A DNA stretch of 64,000 bases from Camelus ferus (taxonomy: Eukaryota): positions 111,292,001 through 111,356,000 of the forward strand of contig NC_045697.1 of assembly GCF_009834535.1 (NCBI RefSeq), written 5' to 3'. A program made the position numbers and the translations under genes. This document shows, piece after piece, positions 51,034 to 64,000 of this stretch. Each line of letters starts with the position of its first letter. Positions within the stretch are counted from its first letter, which is position 1. Below the pieces are notes generated by a model. That model did no database searches, was not told where the DNA came from, and saw only the letters and a program-made list of their open reading frames with translations.

Positions 51034-51955
51034 ATTCTGGCCTTAATATTAAGTGGCTACTGATGAAACACAACATAGAGTAGAAAAATATGAATAATTA
51101 TTTTACATAATTTTACGTTTTTCAAGTACTACTACAGTTGACACTAAAATTGTTACTGAACGAGGCCCACAGCTCTTTCTCTTCACTGTTCACTGAACTA
51201 TCATCGGACTCAGGTCAACTTTAGGTGCCTACGCTCATCCTGATCTAACAGAAGGGTATTTAAACAGCTCCAAGGGTCTTACCTAGATCCCTGGGTTACA
51301 CCATCACACCTCTGTTTTCACTTCATTTCCAAGCACTGGTTCCCACCTGTGGGTCTTTTGCCAAGATTTCTTCCATGGCCCCGGTTTCTCAGTAGCAAAT
51401 ATCATAACTTACCTTGCAATAATGGCAGTAGTAATAAAAGTAAAGTAATACACCTTTGAGTAAGAATAACATATTGTTGAGTGATGATATTGATGATAAT
51501 AAAATAATAATAATAATAATAATAATGACATTTTTAAGCACTTGCTCCATGCCAGGCAGTTTTGCAAATGCCTGACACACACTAATTCATTTACTATGTG
51601 CATCACAGGCCTCTCCTTGCTGGCCTTCCTCATAAGATTGTAGTCTGACCAGGAACCTTTGTCCAGGAGCAGAAGCCTCACTCTGCATGGACAGCTGCCT
51701 TGACACAAGAGTCTGAGTCCCTTCGTCCCTTTAGTGAAGTGCTGTCTCCATCAATTTCTACCTGACCTTAGGGCCCGACTACCTCATCTACTACCGTCCC
51801 TCCACCCCTGCTGTAGTTGGCCCTGACTGCAACCTCAGGACAAACACAACTTCTGCAACCATAATCCACAGTGGGTCGGCCGCCCCAGAAACCCCTGCTC
51901 CCATGGAGGAAGGGGCCACGGGAGGCAGCCATGGTGCCAGGCTCTGCTTTCCTCA

Positions 51956-52428
51956 TGTGAACCAAAAACACTACAAACCATATCGGTAAACAAAGAATGC
52001 TGAAGCCATCAAGTCATCAGTGCTGCTGCCACCCCCCAGTGAAGACAAGCCTGCAGCCCAGCCTCTGCAGCCAGAGGGGACTCAGAATGTGAAAGGACAG
52101 ACCCTAGATAGCTAGGTGCTTGTCAAAGGAATGATTTCAATGAGCCCAAATATTTGCTCCCTCTCATACATAGAAAAGCACTAAATTCTGTAACTTGAGA
52201 TGTCCGGTTTTCTTTAGCTCACAAGTAAACCTTTAGTGTTCCAACTACCTGGTCTTTGTTGTAAAGCCCCTGTATATCTTGGATCCTCCCCTGCCTCTTT
52301 GGAGCAGCCCCTCAGAGCCATCTGAGAGGCTGTCATCCTGGGCTCGGAAGGGGTTCCAGTCCTCAGAAATGTCCGCCAAATAAAGCATAACTCTCAACTT
52401 TTAGGCTGTGTGTTTATTTCCATCGACA
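51956..52428 (+). mobile_element. Solo LTR family C (ERV1-like)
   Basis: TG...CA termini, TSD ctca/ctta, AATAAA at ~52379. Confidence 0.8.
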
Positions 52429-52779
52429 CTTACCTGCCCTGCTTTGCTGTCAGTTACTGACACGCCCTGGTAAACCCCGAAACGTGTGTCTCTCCAGCAT
52501 TTATGTCAGTCCAAATGTAACATCTGTGCCAAACAACACCATGTTCACAGGGAAATGAATGGAACTGATTCACAGAAATTCCATGTAGCACAAAGTTATA
52601 AAATAGGCTCATTGCCTTTATCTGCAAATTTTTTAAGTTATCTTTAAAGGGTTTTTATCAGAATAAGTAATAAATACTCCCCAGAAATTCAAAGTATAGC
52701 AATTGGCATGTGCGAGTAGTCAAAAGAATATAAAATAAAGATGTGTTTAATCAAGGAGGTTACAACTCTTTCCAGGTCA

Positions 52780-53417
52780 TGCTAAAGAAATGGGGTAGAG
52801 TGGAAACAGGATGGACCCAGGGTCAGGCTGTTGCAGGAGAACAGGTTCTTGCCTCGCACAGGAAAGAATTCAAGAGCAAGGCGTGGTAAAGTGAAAGCAG
52901 GTTTATTTAGAAAGTTACACTGTCCACAGAGAGTGGGGTCTGTCTCACTCAGAAGGGAAAACAGCTTAGGAGATACACACTCCGTAGGCAGAATGTGGCC
53001 ATCCCAGACAGGTGAGAGACAGAGAGAAGCTGAGGGGTGTGGGGTGTTGAGTTTAAAGTAAAAGCAGATACACACTCTATAGACAGAGTGTGGGCCGTCT
53101 CAGAAGGCAAGAGAGAGACCATGAGGTGTGGAGTTGTTAGGTTTTATGGGGTCAGTAAATTTATATGCTAATGAGCAGAGGATTATTCCAACTACTTTGG
53201 GGAAGGGGTGAGGACGTCCAGGAAACACCTCCCGCCCACTTTTTGCCATTTTATGGTCAGCCTAGGAACTGTGACGGCACCTGTGGGTGTGCCATGAGGC
53301 TCAAGGTCTACTGGAAGTTGAATCTTCTGCCATCTTGGTTCTAACCAGTGTGTCCTGTCCTCAGTGGCTGTGTCATTCCTTCAATGGTTGTGCCCTGACC
53401 CCTTTCCTCCTACTTCA
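52780..53417 (-). mobile_element. Solo LTR family D with internal imperfect repeats
   Basis: TG...CA, minus-strand AATAAA at ~52903, repeated gatacacactc...gagaga...ggtgtgg unit; no clear TSD. Confidence 0.65.
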
Positions 53418-54807
53418 AAGCCATCAGGATTTTGTGTTGGTCTGCCATTTACCAGCTGTGTGAGGTGAGGAATTTTTCTGTGCATGTTTCTTCATCTGTT
53501 AAACAGAGATGCTGCAACACTTCCTGTCTTACAGTCCTGCAGGAGGGGTTCAAAATATGGCCTTTCAAGGGCCCAGCGCAGCGTGTGGCACAGACACATG
53601 CTCAGTAGCGGGGAGGATGACAGTCGTGTAATGATGGCGACTGCAGTGGTGGGGGCCAGGGCCACAGACCATGGAGATGAGACCACACCATGAGCACTTG
53701 GTAACTGCTGAAGGAGACGTCAAAAGGAAAGAATGAAGAAAAGAGGAGGAAGGGAAAAGAGGAACAAAGCCAAGATAGATTAAAAACTAGAAGGCAGAAG
53801 AAAGTAAAGCAATCTACAGAACCAGCCTCGCCGCCCCTGGCATCATAAACATTTCCAATAAGCTTGATCAAGGTGATTCTTCTTTTCTGAACCATTACAG
53901 GCTATTTCAATACCTGCTTAGGTTGCACTGAGGACCCTTGATGCACCTAAGTTTTGCTCTGTTTTTAAAAACTCTGATTCTCAGGGAATTTGCAGTGATT
54001 TAAATTATCACATGAAACTAAAGGTATGTCCTACACTATTCTAGAAACTCAAGTTATGACTGAGTTGATCTACAGGTTGTCTATTAGAAAGAAATAAAGG
54101 ATGAAGAATCAGAACATGTGTAAGTACGTAGAATGATGTTTGCCAAAGAACAGCCAAAACAGGAAGTAGCACAGACATAAAGTGTGTCTTCTGTCCGCAC
54201 TTTCCTGAGGCAGACACTCCAAATGCCATTCAGTCCCAACCACAGAAGACAACCATCAGGAGGATTCTGAAAAGCGAAGTTGAGTCATATGTTGGGACAG
54301 ATGATGGGTTTTTAGTCTCCCATGACACCAAATTGCGGAAAGATTTCAGAGGTTGCATAAATAAAATATGAATATCAGAGTCCATAGTTCTCCTTCTGCA
54401 AGTAAAGTTTGTCTTTGTTTATGTGAAGAATTGAAAATCCAAATGTGGATTGAGATTAGCTATTCCTTTCATAGTAAGGTCTGATTTTCCTTGTCAGTGA
54501 GGAGAGTGAAGTTCAAATATGTTCATGGTTTCATTAAAATCAACTGTCCAGTCCCCTCCCTTTCTGATTTTTGTTACCTAACACAGTTTTTCTTGTTGTC
54601 CATAATCCGATCTGCTTAACTTACCCCTCAGTTCTCACATCCTCCGTGTTCTTGTCTGCCCCAACCTGTAGTTTCAAACCAAATCGAAAACCTTAATTCA
54701 GAGTTTTCATTTATGGTAAGTTTATGTGAGGCAACAATGTGACATAACCTCTAAAAAAAGGTCAGTATCATCTTGGAGATGAGAGAAGTACAGTGTTCAG
54801 AATGCAT

Positions 54808-54876
54808 CACTGTGCTGTACACCAGAAATTGACACAGCATTGGAAACCAACTGTATGTCAATAAAATTTTTAAAAA
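54808..54876 (+). mobile_element. 69-bp L1 3' tail insertion
   Basis: tgctgtacaccagaaattgacac...aataaaa; TSD agaatgcat at 54799-54807 and 54877-54885. Confidence 0.8.
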
Positions 54877-54910
54877 AGAATGCATGAGGTGCTGGCCCCA
54901 TTTCACTTTT

Positions 54911-55158
54911 TTTTTAATTTGCATTCTTTTTTATTGAAGTATAGTCAGTTTCCAACATTGTGTCAATTTCTGGTGTGCCGCATAATGTTTCAGTCATGTA
55001 TATACATACATATATTCCTTTTCATATTCTTTTCATGATAGGTTACTACAAGATATTGAATATAGTTCCCTGTGCTATTCAGAAGAAACTTGCTGTTTAT
55101 CTATTTTACATATAGTAGTTAGTATCTGCAAATCTCAAACTTCTAATTTATCCCTTCT
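54911..55158 (-). mobile_element. Short 5'-truncated L1 3'UTR insertion
   Basis: TSD atttcactttt at 54900-54910 and 55159-55169. Confidence 0.85.
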
Positions 55159-55859
55159 ATTTCACTTTTGAAAAAAAAAAGCCACACCTAACATATTAAA
55201 GTATTTATGTCTTTTAAAGGTTTTAGAGATTCAATACGCAATATCCACGAATTCAGAACCAGCTGGAAAATAAGACATAGGAAAACAGCAGACAGGTTAC
55301 ACTGTCAGTTTTATTATTGATAAACGAATTGAAGAAAGTGACATTAGATCTGTGGACAAAAGAGCCTGCTGTGCCTACAAGCATGCCCTGCACCCCAGTG
55401 CACACACTCAAAGCCTCCCTCAGCTCTCAGGGGAGAGTCTGGAGCTGCCTCTGCCTGGGGCAGGGAAGGAAGGGAAAGGAAAGGCTTACAGTCCTTTTAG
55501 AGATTTGTTCTACCCAATTGGTGGAACACCTGTCATCACCTAACAAACAATTAAGTGGCTGGCTTCTCTGCAGGAAGGAGTTGAGTGAGTAGTGGACTAG
55601 GAGCCAAGAGTCTGATTCCAGTAGGGGCCCTTCAACATAGAAACACTGACCAAATGAAAGGAGGTTCCTTCTCAATATCAGTCAGTTCTTGACTCCTCAT
55701 CAGATAAAATCAGAGCATGTTGAGACCATGACCAGGAGAGCTCAGACCTTTGAAACCTTTTATCATACTTGCAAATGGTTGCAGGGCAAGGCTACATGAA
55801 ATTAACACCTTCCTTCCAACAGCCGAATGGGTGGCGAATCGGTCTGCATGGCCGCGTGG

Positions 55860-56110
55860 CAGAGACAGACATTCTACTTGCCCCCCCGCCCATTGTTCCC
55901 AGCATCCCGTTCGGTTAGGCGAGGCCACGTGACTAGTCCTGCCCAGTGAATTGTGAGCAGGGCAGACGTGTCCCCTGCGGCCTGTGTCCAGTCCGTCCTT
56001 GGTTCCTGGGTCTCTCTTTCCCTGTGCTGCAGTGACCCGGGAGGTCCCACGTTCCAGATGATGCAGCTTTGCTGAGTGGGGCATCGGTCAACCTAGTCCT
56101 GAGTGAATGA
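55860..56110 (+). mobile_element. Old MaLR/ERVL LTR fragment
   Basis: ttcccagcatcccgttcggttaggcgaggccacgtgactagtcctgcccagtgaattgtgagcag motif. Confidence 0.55.
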
Positions 56111-56275
56111 GAGAGAAGTTCAAGAAGGGAAGGCCGTGGCCGGGGGAATGATGAGAGAAGGAAGCGCTTTCCAGAGTGTAGAACCGGTTCTGAAGCCAGG
56201 AACCGTCTCCATCCCCAGGAGACGAGGCCTGTGAAATAGCCGCTCAGGAAGACGTAAGAATTTCTGCAGACCAGC

Positions 56276-56755
56276 TGTGGCCGAGCAAGGCCCCGTGAGG
56301 CCTCCCAGGGTCAGACCCCTTCCCCATGGCCTCTGCTGTAGCTCCTCCAGGAATCATCCACATAACAGTATCTCATGTATATTTCCTGAATGTTTCAGAT
56401 GCTGAAAACCACCACCAAAAGGAAGAAATGAACAACTTGGTGATGGAGAGCACGTGGCCCCCAGGTCTTCTGGCGTCTCAGGATTGATACTGTTGATCGC
56501 TCTGTTCCCTCGACATCAACCAGTCAGAAGATTGTGCACAAGCTGATCACATACCCTGCAGAACTGCCCCCGTCCCCTCCTGCCTTTAAATATGCTTGGC
56601 TGAAACCCTTCGGGGAGTTCGGGGTTTTCTTGGGAATGAGACACCCCGTCCTCCTTGCTCGGCCCTGCACTAAACCTTTCTCTGCTCCAAACTCTGATAT
56701 GTCAGTTTGTCTGGTCTCATGGTGCGGCGGGCACATGAACTTGCCTTCAGTAACA
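56276..56755 (+). mobile_element. Solo LTR family B, copy 2
   Basis: TG...CA termini, TSD cagc/cagt; colinear with 47088-47549. Confidence 0.88.
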
Positions 56756-57486
56756 CAGTGAACGCTGCACCCCTCTCATGCTGCAGAGCGCACGATTCCA
56801 AAAGGGATGTTTGCTGACACTATCTTGACTCTGCTCTGTCATCATGCAGTGGGTGTGGGGGGTTCATACAACCTGTCTTTTTAGTTCATAAGTCTCTGAA
56901 GCAAGAGTGACCATATACAGGCCTGATACAGAGGCTATCGTGGGATTCCACAAAAATCTCAAGCCTTGATTTGATCTGACTCTAAGCACCCTCTCCTCTG
57001 GAGGGGTTAATTAAAATCTGTATTTGGAAAAAGGAGAGCAAAGGTATGTTGGTGACCTGAAGGGGAGACTACAAATGCCGTGGTTCAGCAAGGCTACATG
57101 CCTTGGTCTGGCCAGTGAGCTGTGGATGGCAGTGACCCCAGGTGTCTGCTCCTGTGACCCAGACGAGAGGCTGAGGAAGCTATGCTAAGAACGCAGAGCC
57201 ACAGGCCTGACACATCCTTCACTCTGCGTCACCGCATGCAGGACAGCCCTCCTAGAGAGTTACACAGGCCTACACACATTCCATGAAATTACTGTTAAGT
57301 TAAACCACTGAGAGTCAGGGCTGCTTCTTCCTGAAGCATAGACGAGCTGTACTGTCATATAAACCACAAGGAGGAGAATTCAGAAGTTCCTCAGAGCTCA
57401 GTCTGGGTCTTGTTCTCCTTCTAACTCTGTGGGCTCCTCCTAGGGGATCTTATATTCTCCCATGACTTTAAACACCACTGACATGC

Positions 57487-57610
57487 AGGAGAGCCGACTC
57501 CCAAACTTGCCCCAGGCAGCTCTTGGGTTACACTTGCTGTCCTGGCAAAATTAGTTGTGCCCCTTTCATTCTCAAAACTGCCCCGGGTTTGGATAATTAA
57601 ATAACAGAGC
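57487..57610 (-). mobile_element. MER94-like hAT-Blackjack MITE
   Basis: Reverse complement ttatccaaacccggggcagttttgagaatgaaagggg...gccaggacagcaagtgtaaccc matches the recalled MER94 consensus. Confidence 0.6.
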
Positions 57611-57614
57611 ACTT

Positions 57615-59100
57615 TATTTGTATGTCAGTTACACCCAAATCTCTATTTCCAATCCGAGCCTCTTTTAGAGAACTTCGCACACAGACCATGCAACCATAAA
57701 CTCAGCAACTCCATCTGTGCATCTCACAAGCATATGCATCTCAAGCTTAACATCTCCAATATTGACATTTTTTCTTCTCACCTTTTCCAATCTGCTGCTT
57801 CTTCAAAACACCACATGCCATGGACCCATTTGCTCAAGTTAGAAACATGATGTCATCTGTGACACCTGCCTCCCCCTCATCACCCACATCCAGTTTCTCA
57901 CCAAGAGCTGTCTGTCAATTCTACCTCTGAAATAAAGCACGACCTCACCCGCCTCTTCTCATCTCTACTGCCATCCCAGCGATAGCTTCCTAACTCTTCC
58001 CTACTCTTGCTTCTACTCTTGACACAGCAGCAAGAATGACCTTTAAAAGTTAAATTCAATCATGTCCCTTCCTAGCTTAAGACCATTCAGTGATTCTAAA
58101 AATAATAAAATCTTACATCTTCAATTCTGGTCCATAAGGTCCTGCATGATTTTGTCCCTGTCGACTTTCCTGGTCTTACCTTCCACCTCCCACATCTCTG
58201 ATCCACCCATTCTGGCCCTTCTGTAGTCCTCCAGTGAGCTACGTTCTTTCCCGTGCCAATGCCGATGGACGTACCGTTCCTTCCACCTGGCGGACTGTTA
58301 AATGCTCGCCAAAGACCACATCCTCCTCACCTACCTAGGGGTGCTGCTAGACTACGTTTCCCAGACTCCTCTGCAGTTATTATGGCCCGACAACACAATG
58401 CTAGGTGATATGATGTGAGCAGAAGTAACGTGGCCCATACAGACATCCCCACACGCTCCTCCACACTCTTTCCTCTTTCCCACCAGCTGAGATGGAGATG
58501 CCCAGCAGGCAACTTGGTGGCAAAATGTACAAGTTGGCAGATCTTCTGTCAGAATGAACCCAAGAATGACTGCGTAGAGAAAAACCATCTCATCTTCCTG
58601 TCTTCTGCCCGGTACAGGAACCTGAATAAGAAATACACTTCTATTGTGTTTACGCCATTATATAGTCAGGGGTCTGTTACTACAACAGTTAGCACTATTT
58701 TAACAAAAATCTGTACCTAGAGAGTTGAGCATTCATACCACCACTACCGTACATGCGTGCGCACACACACACACACACACACACACTCCCCCTGCGCTCA
58801 GGCACTCTGCGTTGCTGACACCTACTCAGAGTTTACGTCTGGGCTCACATGCATGAGAGGCCACCCCTGAGCGCCCTCATCCAGGCTAACGGAAGTTGCT
58901 CTGACACTCTTTCCCTACATACCAGTCCTTCCTGTCATTTACTCATCACAATGCGTAAGTACATATTCATTTGTGCATAAGTTTATTTAAAGTCTGTGTC
59001 CACAACTGATCCCTAAGATCCATGGAATCAGACCCTTGTCCACCAAAACAGTGCTCAGAGCTTGCACTGTGCTTGGCATGCAGCAGTCACGTAATGCATT
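57615..59100 (+). mobile_element. L2 fragments interrupted by an old ERVL/MaLR LTR (~58297-58705) and (CA)n at 58762-58786
   Basis: L2 motifs (gcatctcaagcttaacatctcc; cacagcagcaagaatgaccttt) and LTR motif ctagactacgtttcccagactcctctgcagtt. Confidence 0.6.
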
Positions 59101-59214
59101 TCAAAGTACAGAGGATGGACCAGTGAGATGCCACTGTCAAGGGCATGCTTTTTTTTTAAATCACAAGACCACAACTCCAGACCAAAAAAATCACAGAGAA
59201 TTAAAATACAGACC

Positions 59215-59907
59215 ATGGGGATTTTTTTTTAACCTTTATTCATTCAGAATGCAATTCTGGGACAATCTACAACCAAGAGAAACCCTACACTCTGAAGTAG
59301 TGTTAACAGACTGAATAATACCATAGCAGTGCCCCCACATGAACAAGCAAGAAGTCAATTTCTATTCCCTTCATAAAACCTCTTGCTAAACATTTACATT
59401 TTCTTCCCGTCAAGAATGCAGTAACAAGATCATGCTTATGTAGCTGGTCAGCACAAGAGACAAATGGCGATTTACACTGGACTAATTAAGTCTTGCAATA
59501 TATTGTGTTCACAACTCAAGCTGTAGCTGTTGACCTTTCCAATGGCATTCATTATGTGACACTGTCACCGATTACATTAAAAGGCCTCACTAATTTTTAA
59601 AAGCTAGAATTACTCAAAAAGTTCTCTACTGTAAATAACATGTGGAATATTGCATCTAAGCCTAAAATGGCAAAATCACTGAAATCTCTTCTATGGTCCT
59701 CCGTGTCATGTATGTAGGAAAATGGATGTTATAGACCAAGTTCTTATATTTTTACCTAAGAGTCTATTTATGTAATGTCTACTAATATTTAAATGCATAA
59801 AAAATAAATCAATGTTAAATATGAACTGCACAAAATCTAAAAGAAAATGACTACATTATATCATACTACATTATATAGAGATTAAAAGCAGCTAATTAGA
59901 AGCTTTT
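59215..59907 (-). other. CPE: CPE 3'UTR (3' end approximate)
   Basis: AU-rich non-repetitive sequence running from the stop codon to just past a canonical AATAAA. Confidence 0.8.
59235..59240 (-). terminator. Polyadenylation signal AATAAA of CPE
   Basis: Plus-strand tttatt; minus-strand context is gaatgAATAAAggttaaaaaaaaatcccc, followed by U/GU-rich downstream sequence. Confidence 0.8.
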
Positions 59908-60006
59908 TTAAAAATTTAGAGTTTCTGACATCATTTTCCACCATTCCATCAATTCTTCCTTCTCCTCTTCTTTCCTTTCAGAAAATGACTCCAGTTCAAA
60001 ATCAAC
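59908..60006 (-). CDS. CPE: Carboxypeptidase E, last coding exon ([32 protein letters not shown])
   Basis: The minus-strand translation matches the known CPE C-terminal amphipathic membrane-anchor/sorting tail. It is preceded by a polypyrimidine tract and AG acceptor (ttttctcctttag|GTT; AG at 60008-60007). The TAA stop is at 59910-59908. Confidence 0.97.
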   Translation of the reverse strand, partial: VDFELESFSERKEEEKEELMEWWKMMSETLNF

Positions 60007-61394
60007 CTAAAGGAGAAAATAAGAATATATTGTTATCAAACTGATTATGCACTTTTAAAAACAAATTAGAAAAGAGCAGGCTTATAGTTTATTAGAATAA
60101 AGCACAATCCTGCCTCCTGAATGTAAGTATATCCTAAAAAATCTCTCATGATAAGCAAAAAGATACTTTCAGGGACAAGAATATCAAAAGCCATTATGTT
60201 TGAAATATGCTTTGATCTAGTAGCTTTGTAGGATTGTTGGAAAGCAGATTATTTAAAAGCACTCTTCCCCCGCCCTCCATAAAAGATGTGACTTATAATT
60301 AGTCTTCTGCTTTTGACTATTCAATGAGCTTCTCCTGTCAACCTTGAATTTTCTCCTAAAAGCTGGGGGAATATGGAAGAATGCAGTTGAGTGTCCTGGT
60401 GTCCCAAATCACAGGGTTCCACTTTCTAGAATCCTGAGTGTTGAACTGATGGGAACACACACATACCCAAACCACCACGAAGGCCAGTGGTCCAGGAACT
60501 CAGCTCGCATGTGAACTGGGCGTCCTCATCAGGTATGGAGAGTTCATGCACTTCTGCGTAAAGGACTGTTCAGGCTCTGCAGCTCCCAATGCCAGTCCTC
60601 CCTGGGCCCACGAAATACCCATGCCCCCTTCCAGATGGAACTCAGAGTTCTCTGATTCAGCCACTTACACCTCTGGTTATTAGGAAAGTTATTACTCACC
60701 ACCTCCTTGAACTAACACTTGCTAGAAAGGCTAAGGGTCAAAATAGCAGAACCTTTTTCAACCTGGTTCTGGAGCTACATTTTTCCAGGTTTCATTTGCC
60801 CAAATTTACCTCCCGATTCTAATACACATACAACCTAATGTACGCATACACACAATCGAAACCAAAGCACCGGTTAAAAACTCAAGATATTTAGTTTGCA
60901 AAAACAAGCATTTATACTCCCAAGTTTGGGTGCAAACACAATAAATTCATTTCAAGTAAGCCATTTAATTGGAAACCCTGTAGGCCATTCCATAGTCCCA
61001 GTGATGTGATACAAGGACAGTAGTAACACCCTGCTCCAAGAGACCTGTGGTCTCCTCCCCATCACCTTCCTAGTAAGATACATGGTATCTACTTAAAGAA
61101 GGTGTCATTTTTGGTAGTGCTTAGCATAGAGGGCCTTGCTTATAGCAGGTGCTTAATAAATGTTTAGTTAAGGCCTAAAATTACCCTGCAGGACTAATTT
61201 ATTTTTCCAAGTACTTACTGTGTAAGGTATTATTCCAGGTGCTAGAAGTAAGAAGATAAATCAAACAGAATATCACTTAGATTGAAATCAAGGGTCAGCA
61301 AATAAGAGTTGAATGTTTTAAAGTTTTATTTGATTTTTTTGGAGGATCTCTTCAAAAACTGGGAAATGGTAACAGGGCTTCACATTGAGTGGTA

Positions 61395-61757
<363 letters not shown>

Positions 61758-62094
61758 TTAGTTCAGTTTTGATTCTCTGTCTTTAAAGTAGATGGTCATA
61801 GAATTTGATGAAATTCCATTGAAAAGAGCATCACATCTCTAGAGGGCATCACTTCTTATGGCAATTTTACAGATATTAATGTTAGATTATCTAATAAATC
61901 TTCTAAGATAATGAATCTTTGTAATCATGTCAGCAGTAGCACAGGTAAGCAGCTACATGAAGTCCCCAGGCAGTGGGATCCGACTGTCTGGCACCATGTT
62001 TCAGTTCTTGCCGAGTATCTGGCTGTGAAGCCCCGGTTCTCCGAGAGTCTAGGTCAATGTCTCACAAAGCGCAGCCTAAAGGCACTTGTCAAGC

Positions 62095-62639
62095 TGTTAG
62101 GTGGTTAGATAAGTGGGGGCACCGGGCAGACAGGTGGAGGAGCGGGAGAAGGGTCCAGAAGATGGTGTTATGCCCCCTCCAGCATAAAGGGGCTTCACTT
62201 CTAAATAAGCGCCAGCAAGAAACTGGTCAGGACCCAACAGCCGCAACTGCACATAGAGACAAGGACCTAACCAGACATGACCTAGTGCTCACTGTAATAT
62301 AATTAACATTGCCATTTGGCCCCGCCCCTCAGGGGTTGTTCTGTGTGCGTCATGGGTAAGGACATGTGCAAAGAGGCCAAACACGAATGACTAAGCACTC
62401 CAGGCACAAGCCGTCAATCAATCAAAAGACCACCTCTAAGCGATGGTGTAAGAAAACGGGCAAAGATCGACGCTTTCGCCCTTTGGATCAGCCCACCTCC
62501 CGTTCTTGGAGGGGTACTTTTCTTTTCCTAAATAAATCCTTTAAAATCTTCCACTACACAACGCTCTCCATCTCCCATCTGTAATCTTGTCTTTTGGGTA
62601 AGACAAGGACTTTTTTTTTTTCCTTTTTGGGGGATAACA
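62095..62639 (+). mobile_element. Solo LTR family A, copy 3, intronic and antisense to CPE
   Basis: tgttagg...ataaca termini, TSD aagc/aacc; colinear with 35053-35600. Confidence 0.9.
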
Positions 62640-63074
62640 AACCCTCAGGCACCTGTCAGAAACTGAGCTTGCTAAAGACTCAGAACAGCCGGCCTGGCGT
62701 GCCTCATAGGAACCCATCTTCAACCACCCCCAGAGGGTTCCGAGCTGTGCGCCCACTCCCCCTCCTCCCCGTGAGCCCCCACCTCTCTCCTGTCGCAGCT
62801 TAGGCTCCCAAACCCCCCCAGTCAGCCACGCTCACATGTAGCCTTCAGCTGGTCTGCTGTTCCCCATCTGCTTTACAGGCCTGGCAAACCCCCAGCGCTG
62901 GATAACACCCACGTCTCTACCCTACGCCTGCCCCTGTGGCTGCGGGAAGCTGGAGAAAACACACACCCTGCTGAGCTGTCTCCCATCCACAAACAGCAGC
63001 CTTCCACAGGCCTGGGTCCTGCCCTGTCTTCCTCCCGGCTCCCTTCACTCCCCCATTTCCTAGATGAGTGCGTA

Positions 63075-63212
63075 CCAATCACCTGGGAAATGGTAAAATG
63101 CAAACTCTCCTTCACCAGCTCTGGGGTAAGGCCCAAGAGTCTGCACTTCTAACCAGCTCCAGGTGACACTGAATCCAGCTGCTGCTGGGCACCATACTCT
63201 GAAGAGCTAGGC
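63075..63212. mobile_element. MER5A-like hAT MITE remnant
   Basis: ggggtaaggcccaagagtctgcacttctaaccagctccaggtga. Confidence 0.55.
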
Positions 63213-63249
63213 CTAGTGGACTTTCTTTTCACACGTTCTCCTTTCTCCT

Positions 63250-63760
63250 AACACCTCTAACGCATCCTCTGCATCCTCACTCTCAGCTGATGCTTCACAC
63301 TGTGTTTCACTGTGAATATGGAAACAATCGGGAAAAATGAGCCCCCATCACCATCCCTTCCAATCTCCCTCTGGACTCTGCACCTCCTTCAGCCAGTGCC
63401 TCATTTATCTTCTTCGTTTTACAGCGAAATTTCTGGAAAGACTTGCCAGTACTCTCCATTTCTAATGTCTCTCCTAGTCTCTCTTAGATCCTTCCCAGTG
63501 GGGCCCCCACTGGTCCACTGAAACAGACTTGTCAGGACTCTCCACACGGCCTCCTCCACGAGGTTCCTGTAGCTGACACTGGTTAGCCCTCCCTCGTTCC
63601 TGAAACCATTCCAGGCTCCCAGGACAATGCACTGGGTTTCATCTCCACCTGAGACTCCATTTCTCATCCCTCCTTATTACCCAGCCCTCGAAAAGCTGCA
63701 GGGTCCCTGAGCCCAGTCCTCAGATTTCATTCTTTTCTACCTATATTTATTCCCAGCATC
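63250..63760 (+). mobile_element. L2 fragment in CPE intron
   Basis: ctctcagctgatgcttcac...ccactgaaacagacttgtcagg...tcccctgagcccagtcctcag-like L2 motifs. Confidence 0.55.
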
Positions 63761-64000
63761 AGATTTTCCTAAAGTTTCCACATTATGAAATGCAGAGAAA
63801 ATAATGTTTGCATGTCACACTAGAGTTAACAGACAGAAGTGGCTTCTTGTGGCCACAGGGGACATGCTGGGGTCCTTCAGGACCCCCTCCCTGAGGGCGA
63901 GGGAGCAGTCACTCGGCACAGGTTCGGGCATATTGGTTGGGAAGGTGTGCTGGCACTTTGTGGGGTTGGTAAGAATTGTTGAATGAATAAACAAATGGAG

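Overview
Mammalian genomic DNA, almost certainly a camelid (two tRNA-derived SINEs resemble the Camelidae vic-1 family). The only host protein-coding content is the 3' end of carboxypeptidase E (CPE) on the minus strand: the penultimate coding exon (61578-61696), the last coding exon (59908-60006) and a ~690-nt 3'UTR with AATAAA at 59235-59240. The remaining ~59 kb is downstream intergenic DNA made largely of transposable-element remnants. The left ~31 kb is AT-rich and dense in L1s that are nested, internally deleted or inverted. The right ~28 kb holds a cluster of solo LTRs plus MIR, L2 and hAT relics. I found no convincing new gene system. The most interesting signals are: a CCAAT/octamer tandem array in an LTR; two L1 inversions breaking at nearly the same ORF2 position; a solo LTR with mirror-mutated termini; and several local template-switch or duplication scars. 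Repeat family names come from recalled consensus sequences, not a database search.
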